Source: Bugula neritina (taxonomy: Eukaryota; Animalia; Bryozoa). Taken from it: a stretch of 64,000 nt of DNA. Made by a program: the position numbers and the translations under genes. A model generated the notes under the pieces. It did no database searches. It was given only the letters and a program-made list of their open reading frames with translations, and was not told where the DNA came from. This document shows, piece by piece, positions 1-10,644 of the stretch (within the stretch, counting starts at the first letter, position 1; each line of letters opens with the position of its first letter). Location of the stretch: contig OZ037765.1 in the NCBI GenBank assembly GCA_964035545.1, positions 6,458,698 through 6,522,697 of the forward strand, in the 5' to 3' direction.

Positions 1-145
1 ATTGCATAGTCTAACATTACCGGTATACAAGGCAATTACTAATGGGACAGAGTCCACAAATTTTACAAGCACTCAACAATTATTTTGATATTCCTGTTTC
101 ACAATAGCTGAATGTGATTAGAGCAATAGGGGAATAGAAGCTACT

Positions 146-241
146 AGAGAGAGAGAGAGGGGGGGGGAGGGGGAGGAGAGGGGGAGAGAGGGAGGAGGGG
201 GAGAGAGGGAGGAGGGAGAGAGAGGGGGAGGAAAAGAGAGA
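146..241. repeat. Polypurine (GA/GGA-rich) low-complexity tract in a UBE4A intron
   Basis: About 95 nt made almost entirely of G and A; it explains the spurious Ser/Pro/Leu ORF 118..510. Confidence 0.9.
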
Positions 242-396
242 TTCACCTTAAATTGTAAATAATTGTATGAAATATGGCCTACATCGCAATAGAAAATATG
301 ATTTGACAGTTTCATCCAAATTTTAAAAAACCTATCAATTGCATAGCAAAGTCCAGGCGCTGATTCGCGTTGATATAACAAGCTGTAATAAAATAC

Positions 397-3300
397 CCAA
401 GCAGTGGTGATGTCGCTGCTTCTGATCATTGGCCTCTTTAAACTGCTGCCGACAGTATTGTGGACGCAATTTAAGCAGCAATGAACTCTTCGGCTTACAA
501 AATGGCTCACACATCCGCACGAGGACGTTGCAAAGATTCAGCATCAGGCCGTCACTGCATTCGTCTCGAGGTGGAGCTCCATCCATAGCCATTGTGGAGG
601 CCAGCTGCACCCGCCCTTAAATATACCACAAAAATCATTAGGATGTAGAAAAAAGAGGCAATGAAATCTAAAGCTTATGACAGTGAAAGAGCTACAGCAA
701 CTGTAATTTAGAGCCATATGTACATGACCATATTTCAAGTATAGAATTACGAAATCGAGTGATTTGATCGTACTAATGTTGTATATCATATATTCTCTTC
801 AAAGTTATGTGTTTTATTGAACATTTGAAGTTAGATAACTAACCACCAGAGCTCATAAAACAGCATGCACCTGAAACAATTACACATTAACAAAAAGACC
901 AAATAAAAATTATAGTTGTGCCTCCTTGAACCATTGCAGTCTTGTTCATTGCCACACCCAATGTTTTAACACAAGGCACCCTACCAGAGTTGGCAGCTAT
1001 GAGTCTTCCAATCCAATTGAGAAGAACATGTTTGGTGCGTGGAGACAATCTGAATATTTTGTTGAATAGGTTATACATGCAACTGGTAATCATGGATGAA
1101 TTCTACAACACAAAATAAAACTCCCTGTTCATTCTTCCACATGTACTGTAATCACAAGAAGGTTTACAATATGGCAAACTGCAACATAATATATTCATAT
1201 CAGAACAGTATAATATTTTCTTTCCTAATTGCAGATAACTGGTTCGGTTTCCAAACCAACCAATCGCTGTATAGCTTTAATGCACCATTACTGATTAAAA
1301 TGCTATAAAACCTATTTATTGGCCTAAAATATCTTTTAATTACCTTTTTTAAGATTGTCAATAACATAGGCTATGATAGTTTCTTATGACTAGTCACTAT
1401 CTTTACTAAAAGCACAAGCTGTTGATTCCCTCTTATTTAGCAAGTTTGATATTTAATTGGGAAATCCGTGGAAACTGCAACTTGTTCTACTTGAACAAGT
1501 ATTTCAACTTCTTATTATCTAGTAACTCAACATACAGAATATGCTAAAGCCTCAGCTCTATCCACGTCTGCTTGAGTCATTTTGGCAGGGTCAGTGAACA
1601 GGTCATTAGCCGCCCCTTCCCTGTAATGTCCAGGAGCACAGCTACTGCTCAGTATCGTCCCAAACAGGGATTCTTCAAATGCTCGTGCTGAGCTAGATGT
1701 AGTGTTTGTGTAACCTAGCAACACCTAAACAACACAAATATATAAAAACTTTACATCGTCTTATAATGCGAATACTTGTAGAATGCAATCATGAGTTTAA
1801 TTATTATAATCAAAACCAAAATATATTAACTTGCTGAACTACTAGTTACAACAGCCTTAAAATATTTGAGCAAGTATTATATGTTAGCTCAAGTATAGAC
1901 TTAAAATGCACAACTACAACATTAACTTTTACAATACAAAAATATACCGCTGAAGCTTCTTGCAAATAGTAAAATAATTATTTTTTCCTTTCTTATCATT
2001 ATCATTTGCTTATCATGACGATAATTTCTTAGGCATATTCACAGCTGTGGAAATGCCCTAACATGATATGAAAATAACAGCAACATTTATTGTATGCCTG
2101 AGAGTATGTACCATGCAAATAAGCTGAAGGCTTGGTAAATTATATGCTGCACTATTCAAAATTGTTTCTTTGTATCCATCGTATTTATTACAAAAACATT
2201 ATAATTCCTAATAAAATATATTAAATAAAATAATATATTTCCATGCTTAAGTCTTACCTCAGCTAAGTTTTGATTTCGAGCAAAAAAGTGGATAATTTTT
2301 AGAGCATTGGAAGCATCACTGTCATCACATAACTTTCCAAGTAGTCCCCGAGTGCATGCTCCGTGTAGCTTGGAGAGTATAGGGTAGAGCAGTGAACATA
2401 GAGACAGGATACATTCTGACTCCAACACTTTGTTAAATGACTGCTCCAAAAAGTTCAGCATGTACTCAGAATCTGTTGGACAAAAATAAAACAGTCAACA
2501 AATGAACTTTCTTTTTCCTGGAAATTCAAATTATACCTTCACTGCTTTGCAATATTATCATTACTGCTAAACAGTGGTTTGATTGCTTCTTCCCCCCTTT
2601 CGAAAATAACTTGAAATATTAGTTTATGACTAGCAAGAAAGAGAAAAGAGCGCTCTAGGTAACTTGAGTACCTGCACTGAAGAACTCCGTGAAGAATATT
2701 GTACACAACTGTTCCTCAATGTTCTGTCCCTCGTAGAGGCCAGGCTGCCGCAGGCATGTACTCGAGTTCTCTGTAATGACATCTTTACAGTTCTGAGCAT
2801 TGACCTGGTAGAAATACCAAACATACTGTTGGTAAAGCTAACTTTGCTCACATATGAAAATTATAATAACTTCATCATTAAGTTAAATTATAAATTCTGC
2901 CTCCGGATTATTTGGATTAGCAATGCGTCAGTCAATAAAGCATATATTATTTAGAGATCTGTTGATGCATTGATAAAAACAATTCAATTGCAGTATTACT
3001 ATTTTGAATCAATAATAGAATTATTAAAAAAATTGAATAAATGAATTACATACAGTCTTGCTTATCCATTACATTATGAAACAGTCAAGTTTTAAAATCA
3101 GAAAAATTGCAAGTGTCTATGTGAGATCATAATGACACCCTTTCAGGTGTAAACTAACACAGTGAGCATAGTTACATGTATTAATTGAGGTGAATACAGC
3201 ATCACAATTTTTTTCTATCTTTTACCAGTATTCAAGTTCATAACTTATCAATTCTGAGTGACACCACACAATCGACTATACTGATACCAACTACACTGTT

Positions 3301-5991
3301 ACCTGGTTTTTTTCTTTACTAGCCCGAATATAGCAATGGCAGAGGTAAACAAGTGTTTGGTTTTCTATCACATGGTAATCTACTGCTGAATCAGTTGTTG
3401 CTTTAACCACAGATTGTCTGAGTTGCTTTGAAGACATCAATGTCCGCTCAAATATTGCCTACCAAACAAAATAAGCAATGTTCATGGGGATTGGGGATCT
3501 TTTGGAATTGCAGCAGAAAATGTCAGAAAGATGACACTGCTCATGCCTGTGTTCTCTGCTTCGATTTCAGTACCATCTTGCAACAATATTTGTTCAAAGA
3601 CGCAGAAGAATAACTCATAATGAATGCTAAATAGTTGCTATTCTATTTATTAAAAATTTGAATACTGTTTAGGCTATTTTCTTCCTACCCACCATTACCA
3701 GGAGAATATTTTTTGTAAATCTGCTGTAGCCACGAGTAGTTGAATGCTAGAGCAGTTATTGCAAACAAATTGTCTGTTTAAAGCAGTCCAAGAAAATTAT
3801 AGCAGATTAGTGAAAAAATAGGCAACTGACGAGAAATCTAACTGTTATTACTGTTGACCACTCAAACAGCAAATACCATTTCTTACAAACTGACTTGTAT
3901 TCAATGTTAGTCGCTCTTTTTGACTTTGATTTATGTATACTCATAAAACCATTAGATCCTTATAAGTCTGTCATTATTTTTCAGTAACAAATGACAAACT
4001 ACTACCTAATGTAATCAATAAAATGAGATATTGTGCAAATGTATTGTAGATATAGTCGGCAGTTTTCCAGGCCTAACCTGAGATATATTTTCAATATCCA
4101 GCCACTCCTGTTGATCCAAGGTGTTGTGAAGGTCTTTCAGAAACACTAAACTATTAGGCCGGTGAAGATCAACATCTGATAAATCTATACATCATAAAAA
4201 TCAAATACAATATGAAAAAAAGATTTTTACATAGCATAGTGTTCTAAATCATAAGTTTTTTAAAGATTTTCTTTCTAACGTTTTCCCTAAATTGCTTCAA
4301 GGATTCATTTCAGCTTGCCGTGTTCCGCAGATTACTAATTTCAAACATTGCTAAGAGTGGAGTAAAGCCCAGTTTATGTGTATAAGATACTGAAGCTAAC
4401 TTGCACCAGGTATAAGTGCACACTTCTCTTATTACTCAACCAAATCATGCATATCCAATGTGCAGATCAATGCTTCCTTCTTTAGATAGCAAAATGGATA
4501 ATGTATCAAATTTTGTTCAAATACTTCAACAACAATTGAGCCAAACTTAGTCTAAACATAATACATTATGTTACGCATCACCTATTTCCATACTCTGGAT
4601 CCCAACAAAGTATTTATAATTATTTCAAAGCAGAACTATCTGCCAACATTGAAAACCTGTATTTCATCATTTCAAAGTGCTAGTAATATGGCTGCTGGTT
4701 GCCTGTGACATTAGATTACTGGGACATGCTTTCTTTTAGAATTTAAATCTATGCTAGCACCACCACATTCTAACAGCATTAAAACTAGTCCTATTTGATT
4801 TAAATTATAAACTACACATCAAAGGTGATTTCCGGAAAATGTAAGAATAGAACTGAAGGAGAATTTGTCTATTTTATGAAATTGTTAGCTGATAAAAACC
4901 TGCTTTACAAACAGAGTTTCAATAGGTTTCAAAAGTTTGAACGTCTTAAAATTTTGCTTCTAATTACTGCCTAATTCAAGTTTACTTGAAGCTTATTTTA
5001 GGAATCAAAGCTTAAAAGCAATAAGTGAAAGTTTTTGAGAGTGCTTTCTTTAGACGAATCAAAACTCAGTACAAAAAAAGTGCATTGCTATGCATATCTA
5101 TAAGTAATTGTTTGAATTTTGAGTGAGAAAAGACATTAATTACTGGAGCAATTACTCCCTCTCTAGTTTGGAGAGGCAAAATACTAAAACCCCGGCAATG
5201 TAAAGCATGAGAAAACAGAAGCTAACAAATTAAAATTTGTTATCAACAGTAGGCTTAGATGAAATGTAAATACATTCTATATTCAGTCATACACCAACTT
5301 ATCTATTGAAAAAAAACTTGTTAGTTTGAAAATAATGAACTGGAATTTAGATAGAAATGTATTGCATGAACTTTGATTTTTGGATGAATACAGTTAGCAG
5401 AATTTAGCTACAGGGTCTTTAACTTAGAAAAAATAACAGCGGTTTTTCTGTAACCTAATCAATTATATTGAAACCCCTAAAGTAAAACAATTTCAAACAA
5501 AGCGATTTTGCTATACTAGATGACAGTTATAAAATATAAAGTTGGATTGAGATATACATATAATAAGCTCACAATAAAAAGCATGAATGCACAATATCGA
5601 ATAAATACCTTTATCAAGAGATACTAGGAAAACTCTTTCGTAACAGTAACTAAGTTCTAGTTTTTCTCTCACCATCTTTTTAGTGACATGATCTGAAACA
5701 CAATGCTGCCAGTTGCAATAAATTTTATATAACATATAATAACATATAAATAAGAACATGGAACTACACTGTACAAGGTGATGTTTTATTTTTCTTTGTG
5801 GTAAAGCTCATAACATTTTTTATTTCTAGCTCTAAGTACTTTATCTTTAAAGCCACAAACTTTTTTTGAAGAAAATTTGATGAAATAAGAGAATATATTA
5901 AAATATAAAAAATTAGAATTTTCTTACTCTCGCCTTCGCTGTGAGAATTTGTAGCACTTTGGAGAGCAGCAAATGGATTGCTATCAGTCAT
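397..5991 (-). CDS. UBE4A: Ubiquitin conjugation factor E4 A (Ufd2 family), multi-exon; 5' part only, the 3' exons and U-box lie beyond the left edge
   Basis: Exon peptides MTDSNPFAALQS (ATG 5991), ERVFLVSLDK, DQQEWLDIENISQ, FRLSPRTKHVLLNWIGRLIAANSGR and SDGLMLNLCNVLVRMCEPFCKPKS follow recalled human UBE4A ([78 protein letters not shown]). GT-AG introns. Confidence 0.9.
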
Positions 5992-6576
5992 CTTTTTACC
6001 TTAAAAAGAACTAAGATTTTAATTCTCAACAAAACATAGCTAAGTATTTCAGAAAATTTCTTAAAATCATTGAGCCAGCTATCATAACTTCCTGAATTTC
6101 CATCAACAAAACAAATTATTAACCAACAACAACACAGCCTATACAGACTGTTAAAATTAAGCCACTAGTACTCCTATAAATACTAGGCTACAACTATTTA
6201 TTATTTAGTATTCGTTTAAAATGATATCATGCGAAATATTTTCTTTTAAAATGTTTGGGTTTGGTTTATTGCCAAAAGAATAATTAATTAATTTAAGAAT
6301 CCAATAAGATGTTCCACTAGACCTAGTATTACTATTACTATTAGTATTAGTATTACTATTTACTATTACTATTAGTATTAGTATCACTATCACTGATATA
6401 GTCAATACTAATAGTAAATGTAATACTTATACTAATAGTATTAGTGTAATACTAATAGTAATACTAATTATTAAGACTAATACTAATAGTAATACTAATA
6501 GTAATATTACTAATATCAAATTATTAATTAAATATATCAATAATCGAAAAGAATACAAATATAAACTAAGAGTAAT

Positions 6577-6789
6577 TGTTAGATTACCACAATGTAATAG
6601 TATGTCTTACCAGTGATAAAGCTGCTAGATGAAAGAGACCGTTCACTCTGTTTGTCTGGGTTTTATCTGCCTTAGCTTGTAGCTATCTCAGCTATACGGT
6701 GGCTGGTAGGGCAACTCTTAGTAACACGATAGCTCAAGTATCTGATAGGCTATTGTCATTAGCTAAACTCTCAGCGTGCCACTATAACA
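6577..6789 (-). repeat. 3' LTR (213 bp)
   Basis: Direct repeat of 10645-10857, TG...CA termini. Confidence 0.95.
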
Positions 6790-6800
6790 TGCCCCCTTCC
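6790..6800 (-). promoter_or_regulatory. Polypurine tract (PPT)
   Basis: Minus strand reads GGAAGGGGGCA immediately before the 3' LTR TGTTA. Confidence 0.85.
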
Positions 6801-7126
6801 AATAAAGGCTGGTGACCACCTGCTAAAACTAAACATTTCAATTACATACTATTTCTAAAAGCTATAAGCTGATGAGTACCACATGTCTGTGGGTAAACTT
6901 ACTCACCTCTATATGCCAGAAACTGTAAACACAAGCTTTAACTATTTGTAATTTAGTAGTTTGCGAGTCAGTGTGTCGTTGAGTGTGTGAGTAAATAAGT
7001 AGGTGAGTAAGTTAGGTGAGTAGGTTGTTTAGTGTGTCGGTAAGTGTGTAAGTAAGTGAGTTGGGATCGGAGGATGTTCCCACCCTCTTCTCCCTCAGTC
7101 TCAGTTGCCTGAGACTGACCAGAACC

Positions 7127-8132
7127 TCAATGCAGTGCTTCGGGATTAGAAGATGTTTCCATTTTCACCTCCCCAGTCTCAGTTGCCTGAGGCTGACTAG
7201 GACTGTAGGTCGGTCTCAGACCAAGGTCTGAACCACCATGTACACCGGGGGTCTGGGGCTCTACGGCCATTGACTCCTCCCAAGTGTCGTCCCGAGGGCG
7301 ACCTGGGGTCGGCGACTCCTCTACGGCCTTTGACTCCTCCTGGTTACCACTGGGACCTTCCGCAACTGTGGTTGCAGGGTTTAGTATTGTGCTACCCAAC
7401 CCTCTGGAATGCACGTTGGCCACGCTGGCCCAGTTTTCGATTGCTACTTTAATAGCCATTGAGCACTGATACTCCTCACTGATCTCTTCCATTTGCCTGT
7501 TGAACTTTCGTTGAAGTTCTTGCTTTTCTCTATTTAATTCCTCTTTCCTTAGTGCATAAGCCTCCCCATCCAGGAAGTCGCACCCCGTCAAGCCATTCAG
7601 GAACCCTGAAACTTCACTGACAATAACATTTTTAGGCTTTAATGCATGAACATAGCTTGATGATGTAGCTACACCACCAGAGGCAACACTTGCATAGTTT
7701 GATTTCTGACTACCTGAAACCTTGGCTAATTTTGGTGCTGGATCTTGAAAGTCAACACCATCAACAGCCTTCCGCTTGAAGCTAGAAGGTGCGTGACTAC
7801 AGTCTGAGGTTTTGTGTTCGGCTGCGACACAACGCCAACTGCAATAGACTTCTCTGCAGTCCTCCACCCAATGACCCTTCTGCCCACACCTGTAACACTT
7901 ATTATTGGGACAGTCTTGGGCAGAGTGATCCCTGAAGCATCTACAGATGGCACACCTAATTGTGCCCTTGTTGCCACATACCTCATGTGGCTTCTTAAGC
8001 TTAGCCTTATCTTCTGTATTCTTGGGCTTACCCTTTTACCGTTTCTTTATGTCTTCCTGAGGGTCCGGCTTTAGACCAAGAGTCCATGTCGGGTTCCCCT
8101 ATACCTTCCTTCTCTTTCTCACTATTGCTCAT
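7127..8132 (-). CDS. Extra ORF of the LTR element: three CCHC-type zinc knuckles, coiled coil and acidic/Pro-rich tail; start segment out of frame by +1 near 8031
   Basis: The frame of track ORF 7127..7867 is open from 8035 and encodes CAICRCFRDHSAQDC, CYRCGQKGHWVEDC and CSWRCVAAEHKTSDC. The likely ATG (8132, CAAACAATG) opens a 34-codon frame ending AAA GGG TAA at 8036-8028, one base out of phase. Confidence 0.7.
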
Positions 8133-8204
8133 TGTTTGTCTCTTTCTCTATCTATATATTGTTTTTCTCAAGTTTTCTAAAACGGTATCTATAAAAACAC
8201 ATTA

Positions 8205-8321
8205 TCATTTACACCTCTGCATGTTTAGTCCATCAGGAGGTCTGCTTAGTCTCCCCTGTCTAGTATGCGTAATTTCTCCTTGTTCAGGAGGAAATAACTT
8301 GCTGTCATTGCCATCATATAG
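8205..8321 (-). pseudogene. Probable remnant of the pol/integrase C-terminus
   Basis: In frame directly after the gag TGA: LYDGNDSKLFPPEQGEITHTRQGRLSRPPDGLNMQRCK*. TRxGRxxRPP resembles the basic tail that ends many Ty3/Gypsy integrases (recalled pattern). Confidence 0.5.
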
Positions 8322-9458
8322 TCAGCTTGCAAATCTGACTTTCCTATAACCCTTATTCCTATCACTACTCCCACTACTTGACCTATAAGGTTTGGTCTCT
8401 CTTTCTGGGCAATCTTTAGTGGTGTGCCCTCGACAGTTACATACGAAGCACTTTACATCAGGGCAGTCCCTAATTCTATGATCATGTTTTTTACAATGAT
8501 AGCAAAGATTTCCTTCTCTTCTAGGGGAGCTAAACCTTTTAGACCTAGAATGATAGTAACCCGAATTCAGTCTATCTCCGAGAGGTTTTTCATCCCTCCT
8601 CCTTCGTTGGCTTGAACAGAATTTATCCCTACTATTGTAATGTCGTTTACTATGATCATCAGAGCTATTACTAGATCCACTCGAGCTTCTACTTCTATAG
8701 TGGTCACTATTCCTAAGGCTACTTCTCAAATAAGGTCTCCACTTTATTCTAGATCTCGAAACCCTATTAACAGAATAACTGTCACAGGTGTCACTGCTAC
8801 TGTTTCTAGTCTGCTTAAGAGAACTTACAGCCCCGACTTCTTGTTTGACGTCCACTATTGTCCTAGCTTCATTTAAAAGTAGGTCTGAGTCTCTAGCTAG
8901 CTTTTTTGCTTTAAGCTTGGTATTTAAGTCGTCCCAGGATAAATCGGGTTCTTGCAATAATTGTCTCCTAGCATTAGTATCGCGCAAGCCATTTACTGCT
9001 AAGGCAACACTAAGTCTCCTTCTAACATCCTCGGTCCCAGCACCTAAACCTAATTCTCTACTAAGTTTTTCTACTCTCAGCAAGTATTCTCTTTCATCCT
9101 CACCAATGGCCTGTGACACTGTCACAAACCTCATTGTTTTAACATAAAAGCTATCTGACCTATCATAGTGGCCCCTAAGTAGACCTAATGCTTGCTCATA
9201 GCCTTCATTCCCATTGTTTCTCAAATCAAAGCCAAGAGATTGTAACGTGGCTCTACCATCATTGCCTATTGCGCTCAACAATGCTAACAACTTAGTCCTA
9301 CCTCTAAATTTATTTACTTCTACACCCTCCACTGTCTCTTTTCCCAGATTCAAAGTAGTTAACTCTACTGTTATCTCAAATTGAGCTAGCCAATCATTCC
9401 ATGATCGTGTCACATCATTACAATTCAATTGAAGTCTTGGAAATGAATTTAAATCCAT
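8322..9458 (-). CDS. gag: Retrotransposon Gag, 378 aa (capsid-like N-terminus, Ser/Arg-rich linker, two CCHC knuckles)
   Basis: Intact ORF; WNDWLAQFE...LLALLSAIG pattern typical of Mag-like Gypsy Gag; CYHCKKHDHRIRDC and CFVCNCRGHTTKDC. Confidence 0.9.
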   Translation of the reverse strand: MDLNSFPRLQLNCNDVTRSWNDWLAQFEITVELTTLNLGKETVEGVEVNKFRGRTKLLALLSAIGNDGRATLQSLGFDLRNNGNEGYEQALGLLRGHYDRSDSFYVKTMRFVTVSQAIGEDEREYLLRVEKLSRELGLGAGTEDVRRRLSVALAVNGLRDTNARRQLLQEPDLSWDDLNTKLKAKKLARDSDLLLNEARTIVDVKQEVGAVSSLKQTRNSSSDTCDSYSVNRVSRSRIKWRPYLRSSLRNSDHYRSRSSSGSSNSSDDHSKRHYNSRDKFCSSQRRRRDEKPLGDRLNSGYYHSRSKRFSSPRREGNLCYHCKKHDHRIRDCPDVKCFVCNCRGHTTKDCPERETKPYRSSSGSSDRNKGYRKVRFAS

Positions 9459-9682
9459 GACTTTGTTGTTACAATTCCCTGTGCTACAAAGGTTACTACT
9501 TGTACTAGCTTGGAGCCTTGATTTACTCGTGTGTTATGTCAAGATGCCAATCACAAAATATCTTAAACACTGAGTATCACTGTTTCCGTCACTTGTTGTA
9601 AATGACTGTAGTATCACAGTTGCCAGCTGTGAATCACGATATCAAATTACGATTATCACTCATTAGACTACACTAACAATAA

Positions 9683-10080
9683 CACTGCACCAACAGTAGC
9701 ACTGCACCAACAGTAGCACTGCACCAACAGTAGCACTGCACCAACAGTAGCACTGCACCAACAGTAGCACTGCACCAACAGTAGCACTGCACCAACAGTA
9801 GCACTGCACCAACAGTAGCACTGCACCAACAGTAACACTGCACCAACAGTAACACTGCACCAACAGTAACACTGCACCAACAGTAACACTGCACCAACAG
9901 TAACACTGCACCAACAGTAACACTGCACCAACAGTAACACTGCACCAACAGTAACACTGCACCAACAGTAACACTGCACCAACAGTAACACTGCACCAAC
10001 AGTAACACTGCACCAACAGTAACACTGCACCAACAGTAACACTGCACCAACAGTAACACTGCACCAACAGTAACACTGCA
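9683..10080. repeat. 17-bp minisatellite CACTGCACCAACAGTAR, 23 full units (8 ending in G, then 15 ending in A)
   Basis: Counted directly; no unique spacers; source of the three repetitive track ORFs at 9663-10091. Confidence 0.95.
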
Positions 10081-10506
10081 CTACACTGCACTACACTACA
10101 CTACACTGCACTACACTACACTACACTACACTACACTACACTACACTACACTACACTACACTACACTACACTACACTACACTACACTACACTACACTACA
10201 CTACACTACACTACACTACACTACACTACACTACACTACACTACACTACACTACACTACACTACACTACACTACACTACACTACACTACACTACACTACA
10301 CTACACTACACTACACTACACTACACTACACTACACTACACTACACTACACTACACTACACTACACTACACTACACTACACTACACTACACTACACTACA
10401 CTACACTACACTACACTACACTACACTACACTACACTACACTACACTACACTACACTACACTACACTACACTACACTACACTACACTACACTACACTACA
10501 CTACAC
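10081..10506. repeat. (CTACA)n pentanucleotide microsatellite, about 85 units
   Basis: Read directly; two CTGCA variants at the junction with the 17-mer array. Confidence 0.97.
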
Positions 10507-10625
10507 TTATATTATTATATTATATTCAAAACACTTGCAACTGATAATGATTAATTGAAGAAAGTACTTATCTATCATCTATAGTTGTAAGGACAGAAAG
10601 AGTTTCTCACTGGCAGGTTCGTTAA

Positions 10626-10644
10626 AATCCTGCCGACTGCGCCA
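10626..10644 (-). promoter_or_regulatory. Primer-binding site complementary to the 3' end of tRNA-Ser
   Basis: Minus strand TGGCGCAGTCGGCAGGATT abuts the 5' LTR; the plus strand AATCCTGCCGACTGCG+CCA matches the recalled 3' end of metazoan tRNA-Ser(AGA/CGA). Confidence 0.85.

Noticed and set aside
118-510. 130-aa Ser/Pro-rich ORF
   Set aside because: Translation of an intronic polypurine tract plus the wrong frame of a UBE4A exon.
7270-9147. Plus-strand ORFs inside the LTR element
   Set aside because: Antisense shadows of gag and the extra ORF; no recognisable motifs.
9663-10091. CRISPR-like array or Cys-rich repeat protein ORFs
   Set aside because: Head-to-tail 17-mers with no spacers in a eukaryotic locus; the ORFs are stop-free by-products of the repeat.
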